Part shown: piece after piece, positions 1-12,002 of the stretch
Layout of the letters: the number at the start of each line of letters is the position of its first letter
Numbering within the stretch: position 1 is the stretch's first letter
NCBI GenBank assembly: GCA_028716745.1
Contig: JAQUPE010000001.1
Span: forward strand, 30,203-94,202
DNA: 64,000 nt
From: Minisyncoccota bacterium
GTDB taxonomy: Bacteria > Patescibacteriota > Minisyncoccia > UBA6257 > 02-FULL-45-10c
Direction of reading: 5' to 3'
Position numbers and translations under genes: made by a program
The notes under the pieces: model-generated
What the model was told of the DNA's origin: nothing
The model's database searches: none
What the model saw: the letters and a program-made list of their open reading frames with translations, nothing else

Positions 1-2
1 CA

Positions 3-812
3 AATAAAGTTTCTGAAAAATTAGCCAAAATAAGTTCTAATTATTATATTCCTCCGAAAAATGACTGGGGTTATTATATTAATAGTTGTGTTGGCGGCGG
101 TATTTCTTTGCCGACAAAAGAAAATATACTTCCGAGCGCCTACAAGGCTTATTCTATATTTCAAGATAGTAAGACAACTGCGATTGCTACTATAAATGCT
201 ATTGCCGGATCTTCCGCAACAGCAATTGGAAATATTAAAAATTCACGATATCAGTGCGGTACAGATTGGGGTGGCGCGCCAAGGTATTGCAATTGTCCTA
301 ATAATTTTACTGTTTTGCCGTCCAGCAGCAGCTTGCAGCATACATATAGTATTAATTCTTGGGACAATCCGGGATCTGTTTCTTCTTCTAATACCGGCAA
401 TTCATTTATAGATGTTAATGTCGACTATAACCAGGAATATGCTTACATTATAAAAGTTCCGGCCACTGATCGCGATGGTTATATAACTACCTATTCAGAT
501 CCTATTACTGGAGAAACCCCAAATGTTCCTCCTGCGCCTCCGGCTTTGCCTTCCTGCAGTTTTTCTGCCGATCCATCAATGGTTCCGGCTCACTCAGCTT
601 CCAAAATCACTTGGTCTTGCCAAGAATCCAATACTTGCGATTTATATGAAGGCACAAGCAAAGTAGATTCCGGAATAAGCGGCGATTATACGGCAAACAT
701 AGGAACTACTTCTAAAATATATAAGCTTTCTTGTTCGGGAAACGGGGGATTAAAAGATTTTTCTCTTACAATAAAGGTTTCTTCTATCCAATATAAAGAA
801 GTAGCGCCGTAA
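3..812 (+). CDS. Cys-rich secreted/surface protein, 5'-truncated by window edge; paralog of 2684..4441
   Basis: The frame is open from position 3 (NKVSEKLAKISSNYYIP...). It aligns with the C-terminal half of 2684..4441 (CGTDW, VPATDR.G..TTYSDPI, LPSC.FSA.P, C-terminal Y.EVAP). Confidence 0.85.
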   Translation, partial: NKVSEKLAKISSNYYIPPKNDWGYYINSCVGGGISLPTKENILPSAYKAYSIFQDSKTTAIATINAIAGSSATAIGNIKNSRYQCGTDWGGAPRYCNCPNNFTVLPSSSSLQHTYSINSWDNPGSVSSSNTGNSFIDVNVDYNQEYAYIIKVPATDRDGYITTYSDPITGETPNVPPAPPALPSCSFSADPSMVPAHSASKITWSCQESNTCDLYEGTSKVDSGISGDYTANIGTTSKIYKLSCSGNGGLKDFSLTIKVSSIQYKEVAP

Positions 813-832
813 ATTTTAATTAAAACAAAAAT

Positions 833-1408
833 ATGAAAAAGAAAATTATATTAATTATTGCGGTGTTAATCGTTGTTGTAATATTCGCGGCTTTGTACTG
901 CGTAACTCTTAGGGTAAAAGTTATTCCGGTGGAAGCTTCGGCGCTGGAATTAAATCCCGAAGTTATTCAGTTGGATAATTTTTCGGTTAATATTCCAAAG
1001 GGATGGGTAAAAGAGGATTCCGGTACCGATTTAATGATGATTAATCCGGTGGGAATAAAATTATCGGATAATGAAAGCGCTATAGAATATTTTTCGGTAA
1101 AAAAAGAGCAGTTGGCGGGAGTAGCTATAAATAAATATATCGAGAATTTCAAAAGTTTTTTGGACAGAGTAACCGTAAAAAGCGAATTTACGCATCCGGA
1201 AAATGGGGATTTTATAAATACTTTGCCGGCTTTTTACATTGAATCGGATACCGAGCTTAAGGGGATAAGCTTCAAGAAGCTTAATGTGATGATAGTCGAG
1301 GATGCCGGAAATATTTGGCAGTTAAATTACAGCGTTTCTGCAGAAAATTGGAGCAAATATAAAGCTGCTTACTATAAATCGGTTAGCCAGTTTGCATTAA
1401 AACAGTAG
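833..1408 (+). CDS. Membrane-anchored PsbP/Mog1p-like protein; paralog of 4450..5100
   Basis: N-terminal TM helix, FS..IP.GW motif and IW.LNY motif, both shared with 4450..5100. Confidence 0.7.
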   Translation: MKKKIILIIAVLIVVVIFAALYCVTLRVKVIPVEASALELNPEVIQLDNFSVNIPKGWVKEDSGTDLMMINPVGIKLSDNESAIEYFSVKKEQLAGVAINKYIENFKSFLDRVTVKSEFTHPENGDFINTLPAFYIESDTELKGISFKKLNVMIVEDAGNIWQLNYSVSAENWSKYKAAYYKSVSQFALKQ

Positions 1409-1454
1409 GGTTTTTTGGGCGAAAACACGGCTCATTACCGTGTTTTTGTTTACC

Positions 1455-1483
1455 TTGACTTTTCCTCTAAAATGTGCTATATT
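1455..1483 (+). promoter_or_regulatory. sigma70-type promoter of the 1556 cassette
   Basis: TTGACT-17 bp-TATATT with TG extension, followed by SD AAGGAGG before ATG 1556. Confidence 0.65.
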
Positions 1484-1555
1484 AAAAGTAGTAAAAATAA
1501 GCTTTTTTGACATAAGAAGTAATATAAGCTGAAAAATCTTGAAGGAGGCGTAGCC

Positions 1556-2602
1556 ATGAAGAAAATCTTTTTGGCAGTCGCAGTCGTTTCAATGGTCTAC
1601 GGATTGGCTATCGCCGACGGAATGGAAAACATTTCCGGCATAGAACAGTCCAGCCAGGTTGTTGTCGATACCGCCGCTACGGCAGGTGTCGGCATCAGCT
1701 CACCGGCAGTTTCTGGAGTTGAGAAATCGACTTCCACGGAACTGGATGGTCGCAGACAGAGAAGGCTGGAAAGAATCCAGCTGGAAGAGTCTGAGACGAA
1801 ATCCGGACACAGGTGGCAGGTTTCTGTTTCCAAGGAATCCGATTATGGATTTGGGAAAACTAACCTGGAATCACTGGATCATTTTGTGCAGATTATCAAC
1901 AATAGTTTAGTTACTGTTGATATTCCTTTCATTAATTTTCACTATGAATTTGAGGAGCACGATCCTGTTTTGTGTCCGCGCCTTAGAAACATCCAGACAG
2001 AGAACCGAAAGTTGGCGATTGGATGGAGAAATGGAGTTGTAGAAATTGGAGTGTCTGCTGGCCAGTGGTCTGCAAATACTGATGGCTTTCATCAGGATTT
2101 TTACGGACACATTGGAAATCCAGCAGTAATATTTTTTACAACCACCGTTGATATGTCGCCGATTTACGTCTCTGTAACATCTACCATGCTTGATTTAAAA
2201 TTCAACCTTAACGCTCCCAGTAATGACAAGAGGCGGACATGGTGTCCGTTTATTGACCTGCAGGCGGGGACGTTAAAGCTTGATATTTCGGGCAAGGTAA
2301 AGTTCTGGGGAGATGAGTACACGAGCTCAAATCCAGATTATCCTTATCAGGGATATCCTATTATTCCGGTGCAGTACGAATTCAGCTCTGGCGATCCGGT
2401 TATAGCAGGAAAGGTTACGCTGGGGATGGAAGCAAGAATTATTTGCGGCTTGAAAGTCGGCGCAAATATCAGCTTCCGCAGCGGAAACGCCTATTACTGG
2501 CTGACGCGTACCGGAGACGACGGAAAGGTTGTAAGGAAGAAGATAGAAAAGGGGCTCGAGGATGGGGCGGTTGTTTCAACCTCCATTTCTTACGAGTTCT
2601 AG
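1556..2602 (+). CDS. Secreted protein with outer-membrane beta-barrel-like features (orphan cassette)
   Basis: Signal peptide MKKIFLAVAVV, alternating amphipathic segments, C-terminal ...STSISYEF, strong SD. Confidence 0.6.
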   Translation: MKKIFLAVAVVSMVYGLAIADGMENISGIEQSSQVVVDTAATAGVGISSPAVSGVEKSTSTELDGRRQRRLERIQLEESETKSGHRWQVSVSKESDYGFGKTNLESLDHFVQIINNSLVTVDIPFINFHYEFEEHDPVLCPRLRNIQTENRKLAIGWRNGVVEIGVSAGQWSANTDGFHQDFYGHIGNPAVIFFTTTVDMSPIYVSVTSTMLDLKFNLNAPSNDKRRTWCPFIDLQAGTLKLDISGKVKFWGDEYTSSNPDYPYQGYPIIPVQYEFSSGDPVIAGKVTLGMEARIICGLKVGANISFRSGNAYYWLTRTGDDGKVVRKKIEKGLEDGAVVSTSISYEF

Positions 2603-2683
2603 ATCGTATCATTGCCGCCAGGCGCATGAAGTTATGCACCTGGCGGATTTTTTTATATTTATAATCCTGATATAATTAGTTTA

Positions 2684-4441
2684 ATGAAAAAATCTTTGAT
2701 TTTAGTTGGTTCGTTTATTTGTTTGGTGGGAATATTTGGTTTTTCAAAATCGGCTAATGCCTGGTTTTGCTGGCCCAGTCCTGTTGATGATTGTAATGTT
2801 CAGTGTAGGAATCTTGCTCCAAATAGCGACTTGAATGTTTATACTATTAACGCGGATTGGGTTGGAACAAGAGGTCATACAGATGGCAGAGGAGAGGGCG
2901 TGGTTAGTATGAGGGGTTTGGCAACAGAGACTTATTTTATTAAAGACTCGGCGGGTAATGTTGATACATTGGCAAAAGTTACTGGAAGCGGACATTGCGC
3001 TAATGTTCCTCCATATGTTACTTCTTCGATTGCTTTATATAGCGCTCCTCCTAAATATCCTTTGCCGGCAGGCGGAGTAGTCCAGGGTTCCGCTGTTTAC
3101 TATGTTGCAAAAGTACAAAGTGTTTTAGGTAATTGGATTTCTGGTGGTATAAATTTTAATTTTTCTTCTACAATTTCTGAGTATGCTCGTAATTATGAGG
3201 TGGTAGATGACCGTACTCATGGCCATGAAAGCAATGCTTGTTTTAGTTGTGGAAATAATATTAGCTGGCCAAGTTGTGCCGAAGAATTTGGCGCCGATTA
3301 TACCGAAATAGATCGTAAAGAATTTGGCGGTTTTTGTCATTGTGAAAAGAGAATAACTTGCCGCAAAAGTCAGGGTTTTCAAGATATGGCTATTTCCGGT
3401 TATACAAATGCAATGATAAATACGCCAGGTAATATTTTCACCGGAACAATTTCTGCTACTGATAGCGCTGGCAATACGACCACATCAAGTGCTACCACCC
3501 CGGTTATTCCTCCTCCACAAGAAATTAAAGCCACGGGAACGGCTAGCTGTAGCTGCTCCAATGGAGTTTTAACGACGTCTTTGAATGTAAGCGGAACCCA
3601 AGGGGTTGAGTATGCAATTTTAAGATCGGATAAAGTTGTTGATAATTTAGCGGAAAGGACAAGTAATTATTATATTCCGGGAAATGGCTGGTGGGGGCCG
3701 ATAAGCAGCTGTGTAAATGGAGTTGTTAAAACTTTGCTTCCAATTGAAAATGGATTGCCTTCCGGGTATCAGACATATTCAATATTTAAGGATGGCGCAG
3801 TAATGCCTGGTCTTAGTGGATTATCTAGTGCTTGGAATATACCCATAGGAACAGGTACTAACCAAAAATATTGCTGTGGCACAGATTGGTTTGGTAATTG
3901 CAATAAATATTGCAATTGTCCTTCTTATACAACATTGCCATCAAGCTCTAATAATAAACACAAATATTCAGCGGTGAGCTGGGGGAGCCCAACGACAGTT
4001 TTGCCTTCGCATGTTGGAGATGGAAACGCTTATGGTGATCAAGGATTAACCCCGGAGACTGGCTATGTTTATCTTGTCCGAGTTCCGGCGACAGACAGAG
4101 AAGGTTTTACAACTACTTATTCAGATCCAATAACAGTAACAACTCCGGCATGCGTTGCGCCGGTGGTAGTCCCTCTTCCTTCTTGCGCTTTTTCTGCTAG
4201 TCCGACCACTGTTCCTGCGCACTCAATTTCCAAAATATCTTGGGATTGTCAGAATTCTATAAATTGCAGTTTATATGAAGGCACGAGCGTCGTTGCTTCA
4301 GGCATAAAGAAGGATTATACGGCAAATATAGGAACCGATGATAAAACATATAAACTTTCTTGTACGGGCGATGGAGGGTCAAAAGATTTTACTCTTAGTG
4401 TAAAAGTTTCTTCTGTCCAATATCAGGAAGTGGCGCCATAA
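2684..4441 (+). CDS. Large Cys-rich secreted/surface protein with Ig/FN3-like C-terminal domains
   Basis: Signal peptide (ANA cleavage site), many Cys, GLTPETGYVYLVRV (FN3-like), C-terminal YQEVAP. Confidence 0.8.
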   Translation: MKKSLILVGSFICLVGIFGFSKSANAWFCWPSPVDDCNVQCRNLAPNSDLNVYTINADWVGTRGHTDGRGEGVVSMRGLATETYFIKDSAGNVDTLAKVTGSGHCANVPPYVTSSIALYSAPPKYPLPAGGVVQGSAVYYVAKVQSVLGNWISGGINFNFSSTISEYARNYEVVDDRTHGHESNACFSCGNNISWPSCAEEFGADYTEIDRKEFGGFCHCEKRITCRKSQGFQDMAISGYTNAMINTPGNIFTGTISATDSAGNTTTSSATTPVIPPPQEIKATGTASCSCSNGVLTTSLNVSGTQGVEYAILRSDKVVDNLAERTSNYYIPGNGWWGPISSCVNGVVKTLLPIENGLPSGYQTYSIFKDGAVMPGLSGLSSAWNIPIGTGTNQKYCCGTDWFGNCNKYCNCPSYTTLPSSSNNKHKYSAVSWGSPTTVLPSHVGDGNAYGDQGLTPETGYVYLVRVPATDREGFTTTYSDPITVTTPACVAPVVVPLPSCAFSASPTTVPAHSISKISWDCQNSINCSLYEGTSVVASGIKKDYTANIGTDDKTYKLSCTGDGGSKDFTLSVKVSSVQYQEVAP

Positions 4442-4449
4442 ATAAATAT

Positions 4450-5100
4450 ATGAAAAAATCAAGAAAAATTTTAGTAATTGTTACCATGGTTGTCTTTATC
4501 GCTTCAATTGCGGCTTCGGCTTATTCTGTTTATTTATCCCGTTCAAATAATAAAGCAGTGGAAGGATCGCACCCAATTTTATTGTCCAATGCTTCTGTTC
4601 CGCAAAAAATAGCAAACTTAATACAGATTGATAAAAATATTTTTTCACTTAAAATCCCGGAAGGTTGGGAAGATCAAAGCCCGGCCAATACGGATTTTTT
4701 CCAGTTTTTAAATCCAGTCGGCGTGGTTAAGCCCGATTTAACCGGAGAAATAATAGAATTCGTTTCTGTTAATAAGGAAAGCCTTGGAGGAAAGAAGCCC
4801 AGCGTCTATGTAAGCGAATTTAAAAAGCTTCTTGATTCAAGGTATCCGCAAAGCAAGTTTGTATATTCGGAAGATAAAATATTTATAGGCGATCGTCCTG
4901 CTACATATATTGAAACAGACAATGTTATTGAAGGGATGAATTTTAAAAAGTTTAATGTGCTTATAGATGGCGGAAACAACAAAGACATCTGGGTTTTGAA
5001 TTATAATGTTTGGGCGGATAACTGGAATTTAAATAAAGATATCATTTATCAATCCGCAGCGTCATTTACGGATAAAACAAGCTCTACCACGGCTCAATAA
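4450..5100 (+). CDS. Membrane-anchored PsbP/Mog1p-like protein
   Basis: N-terminal TM helix, FSLKIPEGW; paralog of 833..1408. Confidence 0.7.
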   Translation: MKKSRKILVIVTMVVFIASIAASAYSVYLSRSNNKAVEGSHPILLSNASVPQKIANLIQIDKNIFSLKIPEGWEDQSPANTDFFQFLNPVGVVKPDLTGEIIEFVSVNKESLGGKKPSVYVSEFKKLLDSRYPQSKFVYSEDKIFIGDRPATYIETDNVIEGMNFKKFNVLIDGGNNKDIWVLNYNVWADNWNLNKDIIYQSAASFTDKTSSTTAQ

Positions 5101-5104
5101 TTTT

Positions 5105-5131
5105 AAAAAGCTCCGCAATGCGGAGCTTTTT
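5105..5131. terminator. Intrinsic terminator hairpin (CTCCGCAATGCGGAG family)
   Basis: AAAAAGCTCCGC-AAT-GCGGAGCTTTTT; a near-identical copy lies at 20909..20935. Confidence 0.8.
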
Positions 5132-5269
5132 ATTTTTGATTGACTAAAAGCCTTATTTTAGGTATTTTGTTTTCAGTATTATTGATAAAAGAAAATAAGA
5201 AAATTTTACAAAAGAGGAGGTGGATTGCTGGGAGCAGCGCGGGAAATTTAAAATTAAAAGGAGAAAGAT

Positions 5270-5995
5270 ATGAAAGTCAGAATTTTTCTGTTGTTGGCGG
5301 TAATGGTGTTGATTCTCTCGGCGTGCGGAACGTTCAAGTCTGAGTTGGTAAGGTATCAATATGTCCCTTACAACCAGAGTGAGCTGAAGCAGACCAAAGA
5401 AAACGTCACGCTGGAAAAAATCGATTCCAAAACCACGCCGGAGCATTTCTATTTTAGCGCTCCCAAGCGTGATGCCTATGGTCGGGCGCAAGTGGATAGC
5501 AACGGCCGGGCCATCATAACTCGCGGATGCGTTCGTCTAAAGGGACAGATCTGGGAACAATTCATAATAACCAACAACACCAACCGCGTTTTACGTTTAG
5601 GGAAGGTCTCTGTGAGATTGATTGATCCGGCGGGTAATCAGTATTACCCATTGACCAGGCAGGATTTAATTACTGCTACGATGCAGGTCTATGGAATTTC
5701 TTTAAACGAAGTAAACACGCCGTTCAATTTTGTGAAAGTGATAGATAACTTAACGGAAGTTTTGCCGAACATGTCTTTTACCGGCTGGCTTGTTTTTTAT
5801 GCGCCAACCTCGGAAATGCCTGGAGTTTGGAAAATAGGCATTTATGACATGCCGGTGAAAACCGAAGAGTCCGGGGAGGTAAAAAAAGTAGCCTTTTTCG
5901 AATTCAATACAGTTCTCAAAAAATTTGTTGATATTTACGAACAGAGCGGAATGTTCGGTAAATCAACTTTGGTTGAGACGAAAGAGGTGAAATAG
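5270..5995 (+). CDS. Putative lipoprotein (orphan cassette)
   Basis: Lipobox LSAC after a hydrophobic stretch; SD AAGGAG; own terminator GGAACGAC/GTCGTTCC-T run near 6047..6069. Confidence 0.75.
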   Translation: MKVRIFLLLAVMVLILSACGTFKSELVRYQYVPYNQSELKQTKENVTLEKIDSKTTPEHFYFSAPKRDAYGRAQVDSNGRAIITRGCVRLKGQIWEQFIITNNTNRVLRLGKVSVRLIDPAGNQYYPLTRQDLITATMQVYGISLNEVNTPFNFVKVIDNLTEVLPNMSFTGWLVFYAPTSEMPGVWKIGIYDMPVKTEESGEVKKVAFFEFNTVLKKFVDIYEQSGMFGKSTLVETKEVK

Positions 5996-6102
5996 ATCGA
6001 TTTGAACTAAGGAGATGAAACGGGTCGATAAAGCAATTGCGGGGAACGACGAGTAGTCGTTCCTTTTTTATTTTTATCGGTTTTTTTGATATAATTTAGA
6101 TA

Positions 6103-6489
6103 ATGAAACTTGGTAAAAACAGCGGACAGGCGATGTTGCTTACGGTTTTAATAATGACGGGAACTGTCATAGGCGCTACTGCTATAGCGGGCTATTTAAT
6201 GCTTTCACAGGTAAGGCAGGCGACGGATGTCGTCAATTCTTCCAAGGCTATATTTGCGGCGGATACGGGAATGGAATGGGCTTTTTATAATTTTTTTCAA
6301 TTAGATAATCAGGTTTGTCCCGGAGGCGCAAAAGACTATTTGTCGGAAAGAGAAAATGGCACGGATATAATGGAAAATGGATCATCTTTTACGGCTTCCT
6401 GTTCTTCTACTTCGGAACTCACAACTCTTAAATCCATTGGTGATTCCTACGATACTTATCGTGCTCTTGAGGCCTACATCGCTTATTAG
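6103..6489 (+). CDS. PilX-like minor pilin / pilus assembly protein
   Basis: Class III-like signal NSGQAMLLTVLIM and motif A.FAAD.G.E.A.Y. Confidence 0.7.
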   Translation: MKLGKNSGQAMLLTVLIMTGTVIGATAIAGYLMLSQVRQATDVVNSSKAIFAADTGMEWAFYNFFQLDNQVCPGGAKDYLSERENGTDIMENGSSFTASCSSTSELTTLKSIGDSYDTYRALEAYIAY

Positions 6490-6503
6490 CGCGTAAATAA
6501 TAA

Positions 6504-8543
<2,040 letters not shown>

Positions 8544-8547
8544 GACT

Positions 8548-8835
8548 ATGAGCGAGATTAATAAAAAAGAATTGGAACATTTGGCGGAATTGGCCAGGTT
8601 GGAATTGCCGGAAAAACAGGAGAAGAAATTTGTGGAGGATTTAGGGAAGATATTGGACTATTTTAAGGAATTGCAGGAGGTTAATACAGATAAAATAGAA
8701 CCGATGATTGGGGGGTTTGAATTAAATAGTATTTCAAGAGAAGATGTTGCGGGCCAAACTGATGATACCGGCAAGGGCTCGGATTCTTTTCCTGATCAAA
8801 AGGACGGATTTTTAAAGGTTCCGCCTGTTTTCTAA
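8548..8835 (+). CDS. gatC: Asp/Glu-tRNA amidotransferase subunit C
   Basis: HLAELARL...ILDYF..LQEVNT, F.KVP; directly upstream of gatA. Confidence 0.95.
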   Translation: MSEINKKELEHLAELARLELPEKQEKKFVEDLGKILDYFKELQEVNTDKIEPMIGGFELNSISREDVAGQTDDTGKGSDSFPDQKDGFLKVPPVF

Positions 8836-8836
8836 T

Positions 8837-10276
8837 ATGGATTTAAAAAATCTTACAATTAAAAATTTCCATAAAGGATTGCTGGATAAAGAGTTCTCCG
8901 CGCATGAAATAACGCAGGAGTTTTTTGATTATATAAAGAAGCAAGATAAGAAAATAGACGCCTATTTAAGCCTAAATGAAAAGATGGCTTTGGAGCAGGC
9001 CGAACAAGCGGATTTAAGAGTGGCTAAAAATGAAAATGTCGGAATGCTGGCTGGGGCGCCATTGGCGATAAAAGACAATATTTTAATAGAGGGACTGCCG
9101 GCAACTGCGGCTTCTAAAATTCTTGAAAATTATATTGCGAGTTATGATGCGACTGTTATCAAAAAATTAAAATCAGCCGGAGCGGTTTTTCTTGGGAAAA
9201 CCAATATGGATGAATTTGCCATGGGTTCTTCAACGGAGAGCTCGGCTTTCAAGATTACAAAAAATCCGCACGATTTAAAACGCGTTCCGGGTGGTTCGTC
9301 CGGCGGTTCTGCGGCAGCGGTTGCTGCCGACATGGCGGTCGCTGCGCTTGGTTCGGATACAGGCGGTTCAATCCGTCAGCCTGCGGCATTTTGCGGAGTG
9401 GTGGGGCTAAAGCCGACATATGGCGCCGTTTCGCGTTTTGGAGTGATGGCGATGGCTTCCAGCTTGGATCAAATCGGGCCATTCGCTAAAACAGTTGAAG
9501 ATGCGGCAATTTTATTTAAAGAAATTTCCGGCCAGGATAAGCTGGATTCTACAAGCGCAGATGTTAAGTATGGCGAGGAAATTTTAAATCCAAAATTGGA
9601 AAATATTAAAAAACTGACAGTAGGTATTCCGGAAGAATATTTTATAGACGGAATGGATAAAGAAGTTTCAAAGGCGGTTGAATCGGCCATTAAAGACATA
9701 GAAAGTTTGGGAATTAAAACTAAAAAAATTAGTTTGCCTCATACAAAATATGCCTTGTCGGATTATTACATTATTATGCCGGCGGAAGTCAGCGCAAATT
9801 TAGAAAGATTTGATGGAATAAGATATGGTTCGCGCGAGAAGGCAAAAGATTTAATCGAGCTTTATAAAAAGAACAGAAGCGCCGGGTTTGGAGATGAGGC
9901 TAAAAGAAGAATTATTTTAGGAGCGTTTGTTTTGTCTTCGGGATATTATGACGCTTATTATGCCAAGGCTCAAAAAGTCCGAAGTTTGATAAAACAGGAT
10001 TTTGAAAATGCGTTTAAACAGGTGGATGTTATTTTAACTCCGGTAACGCCGACGTCGGCTTTTAAAATCGGCGAAAAGACAAAAGACCCGCTTTCTATGT
10101 ATCTTTCCGATATTTTCACAATACCGGCTAATTTAGCGGGAGTGCCAGCAATTTCTATTCCGATTAGCGGCAAGAGGGAATTGCCGGTAGCTTTTCAATT
10201 AATGGGAAAACCCTGGAAAGAAGTTGATATTTTAGGAATAGGGCAGTATTATCAAAAAATAAATCCAAATGCCTGA
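8837..10276 (+). CDS. gatA: Asp/Glu-tRNA amidotransferase subunit A
   Basis: Amidase signature PGGSSGGSAAAVA, GSDTGGSIRQPA. Confidence 0.98.
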   Translation: MDLKNLTIKNFHKGLLDKEFSAHEITQEFFDYIKKQDKKIDAYLSLNEKMALEQAEQADLRVAKNENVGMLAGAPLAIKDNILIEGLPATAASKILENYIASYDATVIKKLKSAGAVFLGKTNMDEFAMGSSTESSAFKITKNPHDLKRVPGGSSGGSAAAVAADMAVAALGSDTGGSIRQPAAFCGVVGLKPTYGAVSRFGVMAMASSLDQIGPFAKTVEDAAILFKEISGQDKLDSTSADVKYGEEILNPKLENIKKLTVGIPEEYFIDGMDKEVSKAVESAIKDIESLGIKTKKISLPHTKYALSDYYIIMPAEVSANLERFDGIRYGSREKAKDLIELYKKNRSAGFGDEAKRRIILGAFVLSSGYYDAYYAKAQKVRSLIKQDFENAFKQVDVILTPVTPTSAFKIGEKTKDPLSMYLSDIFTIPANLAGVPAISIPISGKRELPVAFQLMGKPWKEVDILGIGQYYQKINPNA

Positions 10277-10823
10277 TTTTGTTTATAAAGGAATAGATTA
10301 TTTTGTTCAAAATCTTCTCAATATAAGGGCGATTTTTAGCGATGCCTTGGAAGGAAATTATTGGTGGCTGAAAATGCTATCGGTAATTTTGTCTTTAGCT
10401 TTTTTGGCTTTGATTATTTATATGGCCGGCAAAACGCGTTATTTAAATATGAAGATAGAAAATTATATGGATGTTGCCGGAAAGAAAAATTTGTCTAAAA
10501 GAAGGTCTTTAAAAGCTTGGGAGCAGGTTAAAAAGAGAGTGTCTTCGGCCGATCAGCAAAATTGGAAGCTAGCTATAATAGAAGCAGATAAAATTTTAAA
10601 CGAGGTTTTAAAAGTTTCCGGATATTTAGGCGATAATTTAGGTCCGAAATTAAATCTTTTAACAGTGGCTCAGTTGTCCAATTTAGAAGATATTAAAAGG
10701 GTCCATAAAATTAGAGATAGGGTCGCTACGGAACCGGACTTTGCAATGACTCAGCAAGAGGCGATAGATATTCTTAAGATTTATAAAAAATCGTTAGTGG
10801 AGCTGAATTTGTTGGAAGAATAA
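10269..10823 (+). CDS. Conserved membrane-anchored hypothetical protein (AIIEADKIL family)
   Basis: One TM helix, WKLAIIEADKIL, H..R motif; overlaps the gatA stop. Confidence 0.75.
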   Translation: MPDFVYKGIDYFVQNLLNIRAIFSDALEGNYWWLKMLSVILSLAFLALIIYMAGKTRYLNMKIENYMDVAGKKNLSKRRSLKAWEQVKKRVSSADQQNWKLAIIEADKILNEVLKVSGYLGDNLGPKLNLLTVAQLSNLEDIKRVHKIRDRVATEPDFAMTQQEAIDILKIYKKSLVELNLLEE

Positions 10824-10871
10824 TAGGGAACACTTTTCAAATTTTTAGGAGTAGTGTAAATTTAAACCAAT

Positions 10872-10945
10872 GCGGTGGTAGCTTAGTGGTTTAAAGCGCC
10901 TCCCTGTCACGGAGGAGACCACGGGTTCAAATCCCGTTCACCGCG
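10872..10945 (+). tRNA. tRNA-Asp(GTC)
   Basis: Acceptor GCGGTGG/TCACCGC, anticodon arm CCTCC-CTGTCAC-GGAGG, T-loop TTCAAAT; no CCA. Confidence 0.97.
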
Positions 10946-10989
10946 CATCTAAAATCGCCTTATGGGCGGTTTTTTGGTAGAATAGAAAT

Positions 10990-11571
10990 ATGAAAAAGAT
11001 TATTTTGGCAGTAATTATATTTTTAGTAGTTGCCGTAGGGCTTGTTTTATATTTTATTAATAAGAATCAGCCCAGTGAATTCAAAGATTTTAAAAATATT
11101 ACATATATAATTGATGGCAAATCGGTTGCTTTAATTAATGGTTTGTCCGAAACAGAAGCAACACCTGGTTCTTCCTCAAAAACGGTCACTCGTTATTTTG
11201 GGAATCAAGTAAAACATGATTTTAATGACGATGGGCGCGAGGATGTGGCCTTTCTTTTAACGCAGGAAACCGGCGGCAGCGGCGTCTTTTTCTATGTTGT
11301 GGCGGCTTTAAATACTCCAACGGGCTATGTTGGTTCACACGCTTTTTTCTTGGGAGATCGTATTGCTCCGCAGACGACCGCGATAGACGAAGGATTAACA
11401 TCTAGGGGTACTAATAGGAAAAATGTCATTGTCGTTAATTATGCCGTTCGTTTGCCGGGCGAGCCGTTTACAACCAGGCCTTCATTAGGCAAAAGCGTAT
11501 GGCTTAAACTTGATCCAGCCACTATGCAGTTCGGAGAAGTAGCGCAGAATTTTGAGGGAGAGTCTAAATAA
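10990..11571 (+). CDS. Membrane-anchored extracellular hypothetical protein
   Basis: N-terminal TM helix; DFNDDGREDVAF (FG-GAP/EF-hand-like loop). Confidence 0.75.
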   Translation: MKKIILAVIIFLVVAVGLVLYFINKNQPSEFKDFKNITYIIDGKSVALINGLSETEATPGSSSKTVTRYFGNQVKHDFNDDGREDVAFLLTQETGGSGVFFYVVAALNTPTGYVGSHAFFLGDRIAPQTTAIDEGLTSRGTNRKNVIVVNYAVRLPGEPFTTRPSLGKSVWLKLDPATMQFGEVAQNFEGESK

Positions 11572-11585
11572 AATCTAATATCTTT

Positions 11586-11960
11586 ATGGGTTTGTACAAG
11601 CCGCAAAATATAAGTAAGTTCGTCTATTGGACGCCAAGAATACTGTCAATATTATTTATTCTTTTTTTGGCAATGTTTTCTTTGGATATTTTTGGAAATG
11701 GATACACATTTTGGCAGACAATTTTAGGATTGTTTATGCATAATATTCCGGTATTTATCTTATCGGCAGTTTTAATAATATCGTGGAAATACGAAATAAT
11801 TGGTGGAGTTGCCTTTATTTTGGCAGGATTACTATATGATTTTATGGGGCTTAAGGGCCCATTTGAGTGGTATAAGCTGTCCTGGATTTTAATAATATCC
11901 GGACCCGCATTTTTGATAGGAATTTTATTTATGATTAATTGGATAAAGAAAAATAAATAA
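11586..11960 (+). CDS. Small 4-TM membrane protein
   Basis: WTPRILSILFILFLAMFSLD; hydrophobic throughout. Confidence 0.75.
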   Translation: MGLYKPQNISKFVYWTPRILSILFILFLAMFSLDIFGNGYTFWQTILGLFMHNIPVFILSAVLIISWKYEIIGGVAFILAGLLYDFMGLKGPFEWYKLSWILIISGPAFLIGILFMINWIKKNK

Positions 11961-12002
11961 TTAAAGATCGCTTTATAGGAGATTATTTGATAAAATAAAA
12001 CA

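Noticed and set aside
6016-6057. Mini-ORF MKRVDKAIAGNDE resembling an ssrA tag
   Set aside because: The SD abuts the ATG, the ORF runs into a terminator, and there are no tmRNA features.
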